A stretch of 37,319 nucleotides of DNA from a virus (IMGVR_UViG_2645727743_000020:1-37319); one strand, 5' to 3'. Counted from the first letter of the stretch, positions 9,129 through 18,740 are shown. A program made the numbers and translations. The notes: a model not told the origin generated them from the sequence alone.

Positions 9129-9154
9129 TTAACGCAAAACCGCTAATGGTCAGA

Positions 9155-9754
9155 TTAGTGGTTTTCATTTTCCTGAGTCTGCCTGGTTGTTTCTTCAGCC
9201 TGTATATCGCCTACAGGGTGATAACGATAAATCGTCGATATGCCGATGTCGTAAATGATCGCCAGTTGTTTTCTGTCATGACCGTTTTTGATCAGCCTTG
9301 CTATTTGCTCATGCTGTTCTTTTGTCAGCTTCGGGCGACGTCCGCCTGTGCGCCCCCGTGCGCGCGCTGCCGCCAGTCCGGCCAGTGTACGTTCAACAAT
9401 TAATTCACGTTCCATTTCAGCCAGGGCACCCATCACGTGGAAGAAAAAACGCCCCATTGGAGAAGATGTATCTATGCTGTCGGTCAGACTGCGAAAATTA
9501 ATCCCTCGCTCCCGTAGTTCTCCGACGAGAGAAATCAGATGTTTCATGCTTCGCCCAAGGCGATCCAGTTTCCAGACAACCAGCGTGTCACCTTTTTGAA
9601 GCCGCTTTAAAGCGCGTTTTAATCCCGGTCGGTCTGTCTTTGTCCCGCTTAATTTATCTTCAAATATTTGTTCACATCCTGCACAAACAAGAGCGTTTCG
9701 TTGCAGGTCTGTATTCTGGTCATTTGTTGATACCCTTACATAACCAATCAGCAC
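9155..9754 (-). CDS. Serine DNA invertase, Gin/Pin/Cin/Hin family
   Basis: VLIGYVRVSTNDQNTDLQRNAL N-terminus with catalytic Ser and a C-terminal HTH; start placed at GTG 9754, which reproduces the Gin/Hin N-terminus (track ORF begins at TTG 9772). Confidence 0.9.
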   Translation of the reverse strand: MLIGYVRVSTNDQNTDLQRNALVCAGCEQIFEDKLSGTKTDRPGLKRALKRLQKGDTLVVWKLDRLGRSMKHLISLVGELRERGINFRSLTDSIDTSSPMGRFFFHVMGALAEMERELIVERTLAGLAAARARGRTGGRRPKLTKEQHEQIARLIKNGHDRKQLAIIYDIGISTIYRYHPVGDIQAEETTRQTQENENH

Positions 9755-9808
9755 ACTGAATCTCCCGTCCAAAAGCGCAAATCATGCCATGCAGGCCGGA
9801 AACGGCCA

Positions 9809-9834
9809 TTATCTAAAACCTCGGTTTACAGGAA
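9809..9834. repeat. gix-like invertase crossover site, left
   Basis: TTATCTAAAACCTCGGTTTACAGGAA, a 26-bp two-half-site sequence with central GA; inverted repeat of 12881..12906 (23/26 identical). Confidence 0.8.
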
Positions 9835-10842
9835 ACGGTAAACAGGGCCAGGAACGCCGTGCAAAAGAATGGCGATACCTTGTCCGGTGGGCTTACTTTT
9901 GAAAACGACTCAATCCTTGCCTGGATTAGAAATACTGACTGGGCAAAGATTGGTTTTAAAAATAATGCCGACAGCGACACTGATTCATACATGTGGTTTG
10001 AAACAGGCGACAACGGCAATGAATATTTCAAATGGAGAAGCCGCCAGAGCACCACAACAAAAGACCTGATGACTCTTAAATGGGATGCTTTGTCTGTCCT
10101 TGTTAAAGTCCTTTTCAGCAGTGAAGTAAAAATATCGACAGTCAATGCACTGAGGATATTTAATTCATCTTTTGGTGCTATTTTTCGTCGTTCTGAAGAA
10201 TGCCTGCATATCATCCCTACACGAGAGAATGAGGGAGAAAATGGTGATATAGGGCCACTACGCCCCTTTACGCTTAATCTCAGAACTGGTCGGATAAGCA
10301 TGGGGCATGGTCTTGATGTTACAGGGGATATATTTGCAAACCGTTTTGCAATTAACAGTAGTACCGGCATGTGGATTCATATGCGTGACCAGAATGTTAT
10401 TTTGGGACGCAATGCGGTATCCACCGATGGTGCACAGGCATTACTTCGTCAGGACCATGCTGATCGCAAATTTATGATTGGTGGACTGGGAAATAAGCAA
10501 TTTGGCATCTACATGATTAATAACTCAAGGACAGCCAATGGCACCGATGGTCAGGCGTACATGGATAATAACGGGAACTGGCTTTGCGGCTCGCAAGTTA
10601 TTCCCGGCAACTATGGCAATTTTGATTCCAGATATGTGAAAGATGTTCGACTTGGTTCACAGCAATATTATGGAGTGAACAACTGGCAAACATGGAATTT
10701 CCAGTGCCCGTCAGGTCATGTATTGTCTGGTATTAATGTTCAGGATACAGGGTCCAACTCTGCCGATAATATAGCGGGCGTTTATTACAGACCCGTTCAA
10801 AAGTATATAAATGGCACCTGGTATAATGTAGCGAGCGTTTAA
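9835..10842 (+). CDS. Alternative tail-fibre C-terminal cassette (Sv'), promoterless in this orientation
   Basis: Open frame begins inside the left gix site and encodes [19 protein letters not shown]..., i.e. the same junction residues as H at the right site (LGLQETVN); ends ...[12 protein letters not shown] like the H C-terminus; track ORF 9859..10842. Confidence 0.75.
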   Translation, partial: TVNRARNAVQKNGDTLSGGLTFENDSILAWIRNTDWAKIGFKNNADSDTDSYMWFETGDNGNEYFKWRSRQSTTTKDLMTLKWDALSVLVKVLFSSEVKISTVNALRIFNSSFGAIFRRSEECLHIIPTRENEGENGDIGPLRPFTLNLRTGRISMGHGLDVTGDIFANRFAINSSTGMWIHMRDQNVILGRNAVSTDGAQALLRQDHADRKFMIGGLGNKQFGIYMINNSRTANGTDGQAYMDNNGNWLCGSQVIPGNYGNFDSRYVKDVRLGSQQYYGVNNWQTWNFQCPSGHVLSGINVQDTGSNSADNIAGVYYRPVQKYINGTWYNVASV

Positions 10843-10843
10843 T

Positions 10844-11371
10844 ATGATGCACTTAAAGAACATAAAAGCGGGTAACGCTAAAACACTGGAACAGTATGAG
10901 TTAACAAAGAAACACGGAGTTATCTGGCTTTACTCTGAGGACGGAAAAAACTGGTATGAGGAAGTGAAAAACTTTCAGCCAGACACAATAAAGATTGTTT
11001 ACGATGCAAATAATATTATTGTCGCCATCACTAAAGATGCCTCCACGCTTAACCCTGAAGGTTTTAGCGTCGTTGAGGTTCCCGATATAACAGCCAACCG
11101 CCGCGCTGATGATTCAGGAAAGTGGATGTTTAAGGATGGAGCTGTAGTTAAACGGATTTATACGGCAGACGAACAGCAACAACAAGCCGAATCACAAAAG
11201 GCCGCATTGCTTTCCGAAGCTGAATCAGTCATTCAGCCGCTGGAACGCGCTGTCAGGCTGAATATGGCAACAGACGAGGAACGCACACGACTGGAAGCAT
11301 GGGAACGCTACAGTGTTCTGGTCAGCCGTGTGGATACGGCAAATCCTGAATGGCCACAAAAGCCTGAGTAA
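10844..11371 (+). CDS. Tail fibre assembly protein, partner of the silent Sv' cassette
   Basis: 175 aa; N-terminal 110 aa closely similar to the 11400..11933 product (MMHLKNI.AGN.KT.EQY.LTK...[23 protein letters not shown]), divergent C-terminus. Confidence 0.85.
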   Translation: MMHLKNIKAGNAKTLEQYELTKKHGVIWLYSEDGKNWYEEVKNFQPDTIKIVYDANNIIVAITKDASTLNPEGFSVVEVPDITANRRADDSGKWMFKDGAVVKRIYTADEQQQQAESQKAALLSEAESVIQPLERAVRLNMATDEERTRLEAWERYSVLVSRVDTANPEWPQKPE

Positions 11372-11376
11372 AAATT

Positions 11377-11396
11377 AAGGCCCGATATCGGGCCTT
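11377..11396. terminator. Perfect 20-bp palindrome between the convergent tfa genes (putative bidirectional terminator)
   Basis: AAGGCCCGATATCGGGCCTT lies between the stops at 11369..11371 and 11400..11402, flanked by A/T runs. Confidence 0.5.
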
Positions 11397-11399
11397 CTC

Positions 11400-11933
11400 T
11401 CATTCTGGTTGTTCGGGAAACGTTACTGGCAGGCTGGAAGTGTCTGTAGATTCGACTTTCTGCGCAAAGAGCATCCACTCTGTTAATTTTTGTTTATTCT
11501 CGTCGGAAATGATGCCCAGCCGTAGCTGTGAGTCCCATAGCTGGGTTTTATCCCTGACGAGCTGTAGCAGGTTTTGCTTTTCATTTTCCGCCTGCTGCCT
11601 CTGCTCTTCCTCGGTATAAGTTCGCTTTACCACTACGCCATCTTTGAACATCCATTTACCCGAAATGTCAGCACGGCGATTTGCTGTAATATCAGGTAAT
11701 TCAACGACGCTTGCGCCTTCCGGATTAATTGCTGAAACATCCTTTTCAATACAAATAATAACGCCGTTATGGTCATAGACCATTTTCAAAGTGTCTGGCT
11801 GGAAATTCTTTTGTTCCTCATACCAGTTTTTTCCATCCTCTGAATAAAGCCATTTGATGTTAAATTGTTTCGTTAGCTGGTATTGCTCTTTTGTTTTAGG
11901 GTTGCCAGCAGTAATGTTTTTTAAGTGCATCAT
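11400..11933 (-). CDS. G: Tail fibre assembly protein G (expressed orientation)
   Basis: 177 aa directly downstream of H on the same strand. Confidence 0.85.
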   Translation of the reverse strand: MMHLKNITAGNPKTKEQYQLTKQFNIKWLYSEDGKNWYEEQKNFQPDTLKMVYDHNGVIICIEKDVSAINPEGASVVELPDITANRRADISGKWMFKDGVVVKRTYTEEEQRQQAENEKQNLLQLVRDKTQLWDSQLRLGIISDENKQKLTEWMLFAQKVESTDTSSLPVTFPEQPE

Positions 11934-11935
11934 CG

Positions 11936-14038
11936 TTAAATACTCCCCGCGTTATACCACGTCCCATTAATGCAATACTGAATTGGCCTTGCCTGAGTTG
12001 TATCAATTAATTCATCACGGTTTCCGTTAACTGAACCCGTAACGACATAACCTGACCTGTCAGACCAGCCGGGACCATTCCATGTCTGAACAGATGACAG
12101 ACCGCCAAGGCGAATACCTGTAATAAACCTTGAGTTACATTCTGCCTGCGTGTATGCACCAACATCTCCCGCAGAGGGTTTGCGGGTCGTGGTGTAAAAC
12201 TCTGACCAGTCAGCCTCAAATCCATAACCATCACGCGCTGAACGATAAAAAATACCGCCGTTCCTGTAATTCACGCGGAACTGTACAGCAGGGCAGCTCC
12301 CCGTATTCATATTGAAGTGGAGGATTAATGTCGATGCGCCACCAATGTTTGCGTTATAGACCCCGCTATTCCAGTTCCAGCCAACAGCTTTATCATTTCC
12401 GACAGTGCTTCCTGTTTGCCCTAAAGCAAATGCAGGTTGTTGATTTTTCGTGTTGTAGTCTCGTCGCCAGCCAGGAGCGTAAGCATCACCATGATTAATA
12501 TAAGTGAATTGAGCGTTAGTAATTCCGCCACCGCTGGACGTGCTCGGCGTGGTAACGCGTATGGTCATTGCGCCGCGAGTGCCAATAACTTCCACCACAG
12601 CACCTGCAAGACAAATATTTCCGCAACCTGTATCTGTAATGACCTTATTATTTGCATAAGCCCATGAGCCTTTGCACATCCAGTAAGGATGGTTAAATGC
12701 TCCCTGACTCTCCAGCCACGAAATAAATTGCGCGGTTGTCCAGACCTGACTATCGCCACCAATATTCAGCCATGAGCTATATGCGCGGCAGGCACCAATA
12801 TTTTTGGTGAAGGTATCTTTCCCCGGAATATCTGCGCCGTTCTGGTTTTTCTGTAATGCGCCAGAAGCCTGATTTACCGTTTCCTGTAAACCGAGGTATT
12901 CGATAACAGCGGCAACGGTCGATTTCGCAAGAATATCCCGCCCGACTTCTGTCAGGGTTGCCAGACTGGCAACATCATTCCCCGTAAAATACGGAAACCT
13001 GTCTGCCGCAGTAGCAAGCCCGGCCAGCGCCGTCAGGGTGGCATCTTTCGGTTGCTTACCCGCAAGCGCGTTAGTCATGGTGGTCGCAAAATTCGGGTCG
13101 TTGCCCAGCGCCGCCGCCAGCTCGTTCAGCGTGTTCAGTGCGTCAGGTGAAGAGTCTACAAGTGCGGCAATCGCGGCCATAACGAAAGCCGTGCTTGCGA
13201 TTTGGGTATTATTCGTTCCCTGTTGTGCAGTTGGTGTTGTTGGCGTTCCGGTCAGTGCCGGGCTGTTTAATGGGGCTTTCTTGTTCGTTTCATCCATTAC
13301 CGCCTTAACCGCTTTTGGTGTCGCTGCCAGCGTTTCAGACGTGCTGTTGGTTGCACTGCTGAGCTGGACTATCCCTTTTCGTGCCGTCGTGGCGTCCTGA
13401 GCGGTATATTTTCCGTTAGCCAGGTCATACGCGGCCTTAACCGCTTTCGGCGTTGCGGCCAGCGTTTCAGAATCGCTGTTAGTGGCGCTACTGAGTTGAA
13501 CAAAGCCTTTTGCGGTCAGCGAGGCATCCGGGTGACGTCGTGACTGTTCATGCTCTTTCAGTTTGTCATCCACGTAATCCACTGTGGCCATCACCATGGT
13601 GTTATCCACGGTAAGCGCCACGGTGGCAGTGCTGGATACGGTTAGAATGGTGCGAAATGTTTGTGCACGTCCGGACCCCTCGGCAACGGTTGGCTTGTAA
13701 CTTTCGGCAGTATTGCCCACCGCGATTAAATCGCCGTGCTCATCAAATACACCAATTTCCCGGATCCAGAATCCGCCCGTTTCAGGAGGAATAACCAGCT
13801 CCGCAATAATGCGGTTCTGATGTGTTGCGTCCAGGATGACGCGATTAACAGTGTGTCGCCACACCTCATGCACCAGACGGGTCTGCTTACTGTCTGGTGT
13901 GGGCAACGTGCCGCCACCGTCGCCCACGGCCATATGAGTCAGGCGGACAGGCTTACCATCTGGCGCGGCTGCCTGAGCTAATTTTTTTGCACCCGTATCG
14001 GTGATAACGGTTTTAAATTTTCGTGTTGTGGTACTCAT
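11936..14038 (-). CDS. H: Tail fibre protein H (constant N-terminus plus currently expressed variable C-terminus)
   Basis: 700 aa (P2 H about 669 aa) with Ala/Thr-rich repeats; right gix site falls at about residues 378-386. Confidence 0.9.
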   Translation of the reverse strand: MSTTTRKFKTVITDTGAKKLAQAAAPDGKPVRLTHMAVGDGGGTLPTPDSKQTRLVHEVWRHTVNRVILDATHQNRIIAELVIPPETGGFWIREIGVFDEHGDLIAVGNTAESYKPTVAEGSGRAQTFRTILTVSSTATVALTVDNTMVMATVDYVDDKLKEHEQSRRHPDASLTAKGFVQLSSATNSDSETLAATPKAVKAAYDLANGKYTAQDATTARKGIVQLSSATNSTSETLAATPKAVKAVMDETNKKAPLNSPALTGTPTTPTAQQGTNNTQIASTAFVMAAIAALVDSSPDALNTLNELAAALGNDPNFATTMTNALAGKQPKDATLTALAGLATAADRFPYFTGNDVASLATLTEVGRDILAKSTVAAVIEYLGLQETVNQASGALQKNQNGADIPGKDTFTKNIGACRAYSSWLNIGGDSQVWTTAQFISWLESQGAFNHPYWMCKGSWAYANNKVITDTGCGNICLAGAVVEVIGTRGAMTIRVTTPSTSSGGGITNAQFTYINHGDAYAPGWRRDYNTKNQQPAFALGQTGSTVGNDKAVGWNWNSGVYNANIGGASTLILHFNMNTGSCPAVQFRVNYRNGGIFYRSARDGYGFEADWSEFYTTTRKPSAGDVGAYTQAECNSRFITGIRLGGLSSVQTWNGPGWSDRSGYVVTGSVNGNRDELIDTTQARPIQYCINGTWYNAGSI
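12881..12906. repeat. gix-like invertase crossover site, right (inside H)
   Basis: TTCCTGTAAACCGAGGTATTCGATAA, inverted relative to 9809..9834; encodes AVIEYLGLQE in the H frame. Confidence 0.8.
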
Positions 14039-14040
14039 GC

Positions 14041-14571
14041 TTAATCGTCCGGATAAATGGTAATAACTTCACCGTCATAAGTTGCCGCCGCTGCGAAAAT
14101 ATCCCCCGGAATTTCCTGAATGATATTCAGCCCTGTCATGTGGCGGCTGACCGGACGGGCATCAGCAATCAACCGCTCCATTTCCAGATACATTTCCTCC
14201 GTCACGCCACTGTCCAGTGTGCCGACTTCAACGGTAAATGTTCCCGGTTCTCCGCCGAACTCCCACCACTCAGACACGCGAATGAGGTATCCCAGCGGCT
14301 CAATGGCCCTGCGCAGTGCGCTGATGGTCCCTTTGTGTCGGTGTATCAGCCATGCATCACGAATAACCTGTCGCTTTGTCTCTTCCGGCCAGTTGCGATC
14401 CCAGCGGTCAACGGAAAATGCCCAGGCGAGATAGGGCAGCAGATGCACCGGGCAGGTATCCGGCGACCACAGTGTGTTGAGGTCTACCGGAATGTCTGTA
14501 ATGCGTGTTCCGACGGCTTCGGCACAACGCATGAAATTGCTGGCTGATGGTGGTAACAACGAATTACTCAT
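14041..14571 (-). CDS. I: Baseplate/tail protein I
   Basis: Start placed at ATG 14571 (MSNSLLPP), giving 176 aa as in P2 gpI; track ORF extends to 14604. Confidence 0.8.
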   Translation of the reverse strand: MSNSLLPPSASNFMRCAEAVGTRITDIPVDLNTLWSPDTCPVHLLPYLAWAFSVDRWDRNWPEETKRQVIRDAWLIHRHKGTISALRRAIEPLGYLIRVSEWWEFGGEPGTFTVEVGTLDSGVTEEMYLEMERLIADARPVSRHMTGLNIIQEIPGDIFAAAATYDGEVITIYPDD

Positions 14572-15460
14572 TGCGCCCACCTTCGCTGATGGTGAATGAC
14601 TCACAGCGCGCCGCCTGTATGTCGCTGATGGCCATATTCTGTGTGGGTTCGATTATCTCCACGCGTTGCACACCGTGCACATGCAGTGCGGCAGCAATGG
14701 CGGACAACGCCACGTCCTGACCGATAAGCCCCTGCTCAGCCAGCCACTTCCTGAACGACGATTCCGCCGCAGCCAGAATAGGTTCGGATTCCGGACCGGG
14801 GTAAAAGTACAGTTTTGCATTCAGCCGCCATGTCACGATTCTGGCGCTCTGTACGGTCAGGCGGTCGGCCACCGGGCGGGTGTCCTCTGCATTCAGAACG
14901 GCGCGAACGGTATTAAGCAACGCCTCCGTTGCTGTGCCGTCGCCTTCAGTGGACAGAATGGAAACCGTCACATTTGCCGGAGACGGGCTGATAGCCCGCG
15001 CATCACGCACCAGACCGCTGGCGCTGCGGGCAAAATACTCGTATGCACCTGACGGGCCAGCAACACTCAGGCCGTCGTACGCCCGCTGCGCCCGCAGTCT
15101 CAGCGAGGTGTCGCTCTCCATCACCGCGTCGGTGGTATCCGTTGCCGGAGTGATAACCAGGCGCTTTGTGTTCATATTGCCCGCGAGGTTGTCCAGGTCT
15201 GTCCCGGCGCTGTGGCTTAACATGCAGGCGCGTGCCCCCTCGTTAACCCGCTGGCGTAACAGCATTTCACGAAACGACATGGTTTGAGCGATAACGTTAA
15301 GGGGTTCCGATTCCAGCTCCAGCGCGGCGGAAACGGCTTCACGCTGTTCGGCGGGATAAGCCGCAATCATCATGGCCTTTGTGTCAGCCAGAATTGCCTC
15401 AAAGTCAGGCTCCGCGATGATGGCGGGGTCCGGTAACTGTGAAAGGTCAACGGCGGGCAT
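14564..15460 (-). CDS. J: Baseplate protein J
   Basis: 298 aa (P2 J about 302 aa), between W and I. Confidence 0.85.
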   Translation of the reverse strand: MPAVDLSQLPDPAIIAEPDFEAILADTKAMMIAAYPAEQREAVSAALELESEPLNVIAQTMSFREMLLRQRVNEGARACMLSHSAGTDLDNLAGNMNTKRLVITPATDTTDAVMESDTSLRLRAQRAYDGLSVAGPSGAYEYFARSASGLVRDARAISPSPANVTVSILSTEGDGTATEALLNTVRAVLNAEDTRPVADRLTVQSARIVTWRLNAKLYFYPGPESEPILAAAESSFRKWLAEQGLIGQDVALSAIAAALHVHGVQRVEIIEPTQNMAISDIQAARCESFTISEGGRNE

Positions 15461-15463
15461 GAT

Positions 15464-15814
15464 TTACTCCCTTAGCGTGATGGTTAATTCAACATTCTGC
15501 ATGGTCTGCATGACAGTGCCCGACAGCGTCACCCCGGCGCGGCCTCCCGCTTTCCAGACAACGTCGATGGCATCCAGGGCAATGCGGGGTTCCCATCGTG
15601 TCAGCGCAATCACGGCAGCACTCATGCATTGCAGACGCGTGGTGTTATTCATGGGTTCGTCAATCAAATCAGGCACAAGGCTGCCATATTCCCGTCGCAT
15701 AACCCGGCTTGCCAGCGGGGTGGTCAGGATATCCCTGACTGACTGTTTCAGGTGCTCCATATCGTTCAGGTTTCCCGTCCCGTCCGGATTCATTCCTGTG
15801 TAGCGGGTTGTCAC
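15464..15814 (-). CDS. W: Baseplate protein W
   Basis: 116 aa (P2 W about 115 aa). Confidence 0.85.
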   Translation of the reverse strand: MTTRYTGMNPDGTGNLNDMEHLKQSVRDILTTPLASRVMRREYGSLVPDLIDEPMNNTTRLQCMSAAVIALTRWEPRIALDAIDVVWKAGGRAGVTLSGTVMQTMQNVELTITLRE

Positions 15815-16392
15815 TGCGGGCCTCCTGTCGAATCGCTGCCGCCTTTCACGCCACCGTGTTTATGCGTATGCACGGTAATGCCGTTTGAGGTGAAGTTGCC
15901 GCCGCTGTGCGTGATATTGCCGCTCATCTTTCCTCCTTTTGTGACGTCAAGCGTCGCCGTTCTCAGAAGGTTTGTGCATTCCACGACGGGCGTATCCAGC
16001 TTCACGCTGACGGATGCCTGTAAAGTGGCCGTTTTCATGCCGCTGGCGCTCAGTGCGCCTGCGTCCGCGTCGTAGCGGAACACCGCGCCGTCCGGCGCGC
16101 TGATCACGATTTCTTTCAGGCTTTTGCCGGGTGCCGGATTGGCATCACTCCACAGGCTGCCAATTATCATGGCGGTTTCCGGGTTGCCGCCAATGCAGGC
16201 AATTACCACCTGTTCGCCTGGTGATGGCGGCAGCCACACATTGAAGGCTCCCGCGCGCGTGGTGTTCCAGCGCAACCAGCCTGTTTCCAGTTCGCCGCTG
16301 CGAACGCGCACACGCCAGGACTTCTCATCAACTTCAGAGATGATCCCGGTGCGGATGATATTGCTCAGCAGTCGCATGAGTTCTGCGCTCAC
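15811..16392 (-). CDS. V: Baseplate spike protein V
   Basis: 193 aa, GTG start overlapping the S stop (GTGA); Gly-rich C-terminus. Confidence 0.85.
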   Translation of the reverse strand: MSAELMRLLSNIIRTGIISEVDEKSWRVRVRSGELETGWLRWNTTRAGAFNVWLPPSPGEQVVIACIGGNPETAMIIGSLWSDANPAPGKSLKEIVISAPDGAVFRYDADAGALSASGMKTATLQASVSVKLDTPVVECTNLLRTATLDVTKGGKMSGNITHSGGNFTSNGITVHTHKHGGVKGGSDSTGGPQ

Positions 16393-17033
16393 CGTACAGC
16401 CTCCGCAATCCGGCCCAGCACCGTGTTATAAATCAGGCGCTCATCTGCCTGGCTGATACCCAGCAGCTCACGTACCGGGTAATCGGTGAAAATGCCCGGC
16501 GCAACCTGATCGCGCTCACCGAACTGATGAACGCGGGCAATACGTGCGGCCACGCCGCTGTAACCCACCGTCACACCGGAAGCATCTGCACGGGCTTTCA
16601 GGTAGCGGGCGGTGCGCAGTTTTACGAACATTGGGACGCGCCTGGTGCTGTCCTGGTTGATGCGCCGGGTGCGTATTTCCAGAAAACGGTCGATGTCATC
16701 CCGGTAAAACGTGCGGATGTTGTTTTTATCCTCATCCCACCCGGTAATGGTTCGCCCGTATTTCCCCGTGTCGTGATGCCAGTTTTTCAGCGTGCGTGCT
16801 TCGTTATTCCAGATAAAGCGAATGCGTTCCTGTATCCGGGTTACGCGGCGTCTGCGTGGTGTCCACGCGGTCCCGTCCGGCGCTTTCTGTGACCGGATAC
16901 GCGCCTGCTGGGCGCGGCGTAAATCCTGTGCCAGCTTTCTGGCGATGTTATTGATGGCCTGCTGATTCAGGCTGTCGCGGATGGCCTCAAAGGTTTCATC
17001 CACGCGGGTGAATGCCTTATCCATCGCTTTCAC
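16389..17033 (-). CDS. S: Tail completion protein S
   Basis: Assigned by position between R and V; 214 aa is longer than P2 S (about 150 aa); GTG start. Confidence 0.7.
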   Translation of the reverse strand: MKAMDKAFTRVDETFEAIRDSLNQQAINNIARKLAQDLRRAQQARIRSQKAPDGTAWTPRRRRVTRIQERIRFIWNNEARTLKNWHHDTGKYGRTITGWDEDKNNIRTFYRDDIDRFLEIRTRRINQDSTRRVPMFVKLRTARYLKARADASGVTVGYSGVAARIARVHQFGERDQVAPGIFTDYPVRELLGISQADERLIYNTVLGRIAEAVR

Positions 17034-17484
17034 CCCACGTCACATCCTGGAATACATGCGACCAGTCGCCTTCGGAAGATGGCAGGCGGGGTTTTGGCTC
17101 CGTCAGGTGTTCTGCCTGCGGTGTGCCCTGACTGCTGCGCGTGATGCGAACGCGTTCCCGCAGGGGGAGCGTAAACAGGAGATCGGCGCTGTCATCGTCA
17201 TTGATAACGGCGGAAAATTTGATGTCCTGATTACGCTCCTGGTTGAGCAACAACTGTGGCTGATTTTCGGATAACCACGCCAGCAGCGGCAGCGTGAGGT
17301 CGTCCAGCTCCCCGGCGTAATCCATGACAAACATCACCATTTGATAGCGGTAAACAAACGAGGGCGTTTCTCCGGTCGTTTCAATGTTGCCGCTCTCCAC
17401 GAAAATGGTGAATTTTTCCGGGTTAGCCTGACACCATCGGCATGAACGGGTCATGGCTTCACGCAGGGAATCAGTTTTCAGCAT
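17017..17484 (-). CDS. R: Tail completion protein R
   Basis: 155 aa, same length as P2 R; follows the lysis cassette. Confidence 0.8.
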   Translation of the reverse strand: MLKTDSLREAMTRSCRWCQANPEKFTIFVESGNIETTGETPSFVYRYQMVMFVMDYAGELDDLTLPLLAWLSENQPQLLLNQERNQDIKFSAVINDDDSADLLFTLPLRERVRITRSSQGTPQAEHLTEPKPRLPSSEGDWSHVFQDVTWGESDG

Positions 17485-17761
17485 GGTTGTTATCCTCGTT
17501 GTTCAGTCGTTGCAGCCTGCGCTGTTCCAGTAATTCAATGGCCCGTTTATCCGCGTTACAGGTTTCCAGTGCATCCAGAAGGCGGTCGCCCCATATACCG
17601 AGATTTCCCCATGTGGGAGTGTCAGGGAAGGGGGGAGGCATTACCGGTATGGTCAGCGTCTGCGGTATAAGCCGGACTGACGGCGCTGGCAGTGGCGCGT
17701 TCTGCGTGCCTGCGCAACCTGTCAGTAAAACGAGCGTCAGGCAAAGCGAGGGCGCATTCAT
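17471..17761 (-). CDS. lysC: o-spanin lipoprotein LysC (Rz1-like)
   Basis: Start at M of MNAPSLCLTLVLLTGCAG gives 96 aa with a lipobox (LTGC); embedded out of frame in the lysB 3' end and overlapping the R start. Confidence 0.7.
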   Translation of the reverse strand: MNAPSLCLTLVLLTGCAGTQNAPLPAPSVRLIPQTLTIPVMPPPFPDTPTWGNLGIWGDRLLDALETCNADKRAIELLEQRRLQRLNNEDNNHAEN

Positions 17762-18029
17762 CTTTTGCAATATCGTTGCGTAGCTGTTCACGTCTGGCCT
17801 CTCCGTCCTGATTTCTCTGTTGATTTTCCACGCGGAGTTGCGCCAGCACCTGCTGCATATCCTGTACCCCGGTGCTGATGATATTCAGGGTGTCGACGGT
17901 ACTTTTCAGGGTGCTGGCCTGTGCTTCGTTTCTGGCGTTCTCCCGGCCAAGCGACCATGACAGACGCATGGATGTTCCCCATGCGGCAATCAGAAGGAAA
18001 GCGACACCCAGCGTGGGCCAGAGCTTCAT
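17622..18029 (-). CDS. lysB: i-spanin LysB (Rz-like)
   Basis: Start MKLWPTLGVAFLLIAAW (N-terminal TM) overlapping the K stop (ATGA); coiled-coil Gln/Arg-rich periplasmic part; about 135 aa. Confidence 0.75.
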   Translation of the reverse strand: MKLWPTLGVAFLLIAAWGTSMRLSWSLGRENARNEAQASTLKSTVDTLNIISTGVQDMQQVLAQLRVENQQRNQDGEARREQLRNDIAKDECALALPDARFTDRLRRHAERATASAVSPAYTADADHTGNASPLP

Positions 18030-18418
18030 GCCGGATAGGCTCCGTGTGGTAACTGAAAATGCGGTCCGTCTTTCAGGGTCTTCCAGTCGCCGCCCCATTC
18101 CACCGGAATATTCAGTTCCCGGCTGGCCTGTCTAAATGCTGCTGCGATTTTTTCGTACAGCGGCCATTCCCATGACACCTGGCTGCCGATATAAGCCACA
18201 ACATCCACGGCATGTCCCGTAAGGTGGCGGCTGTTCATGGTCTGGCTCTTACCTGTGGACACAAGTTGCTTCTGGCGGTAACGGCTGCGCAACCCTTCGG
18301 TGATACCAAAATCCACTTCCGAAATTTCCAGTGCCCGTCGGGTCACTTTCACCAGATCAGGATTTACGCCCTGCAAATTCTTTTCGCTCCGGTTGCTGAA
18401 TTTAAATGTGTTGCTCAT
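18026..18418 (-). CDS. K: Endolysin, zinc peptidase (M15/VanY-like) type
   Basis: HLTGHAVD ... DGPHFQL His/Asp zinc-binding pattern; 130 aa; occupies the lysin position after the holin. Confidence 0.8.
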   Translation of the reverse strand: MSNTFKFSNRSEKNLQGVNPDLVKVTRRALEISEVDFGITEGLRSRYRQKQLVSTGKSQTMNSRHLTGHAVDVVAYIGSQVSWEWPLYEKIAAAFRQASRELNIPVEWGGDWKTLKDGPHFQLPHGAYPA

Positions 18419-18738
18419 TCGTCCTTCTCCTTCACCCTGCGATTAAAGGCCGCAATAACCTTGTCGCGTGCTTTCTCTGCGCCCATAAAACCGATTGATG
18501 CGCCGATAAACGTCACGGCATCTTCAGGAAACCCGAAGAAGCGCAACGACCCGGCCACGGCCATGGCAAGAACGCCGCACGCCAGCGATCCCGTTACGGT
18601 CTGAACCAGTGTTCGTCCGTCATAAAGACTCATCAGCGCGGAAATGCTGACCGCCGCGCCTACTGCATACACCGTTGGCAGGTGGTCAAAGAGCCACGCA
18701 ATAACCTGCTCTGTGATCCCTGTTTGAATGGTGCTCAC
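18415..18738 (-). CDS. Y: Holin Y
   Basis: Start placed at GTG 18738 with GGGGGGAA SD inside the X 3' end; about 107 aa with hydrophobic segments; track ORF extends to 18957 across X. Confidence 0.6.
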   Translation of the reverse strand: MSTIQTGITEQVIAWLFDHLPTVYAVGAAVSISALMSLYDGRTLVQTVTGSLACGVLAMAVAGSLRFFGFPEDAVTFIGASIGFMGAEKARDKVIAAFNRRVKEKDE

Positions 18739-18740
18739 TG

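Larger units (their letters stand above)
9809..12906. other. Invertible tail-fibre segment (G-segment-like), about 3.1 kb
   Basis: Bounded by the inverted gix-like sites; carries two convergent tfa genes and two alternative fibre C-terminal regions; invertase gene lies just outside. Confidence 0.8.

Noticed and set aside
9129-9154. gix-like half-site (TTAACGCAAAACC) between U and the invertase as a breakpoint of the FI-U inversion
   Set aside because: Only one half-site is recognisable and no inverted partner was found at the other junction; insufficient to call a recombination site (kept as a note under the inversion finding)
14666-15287. Plus-strand ORFs of 128 and 135 aa
   Set aside because: Antisense within baseplate gene J; GC-rich artefacts
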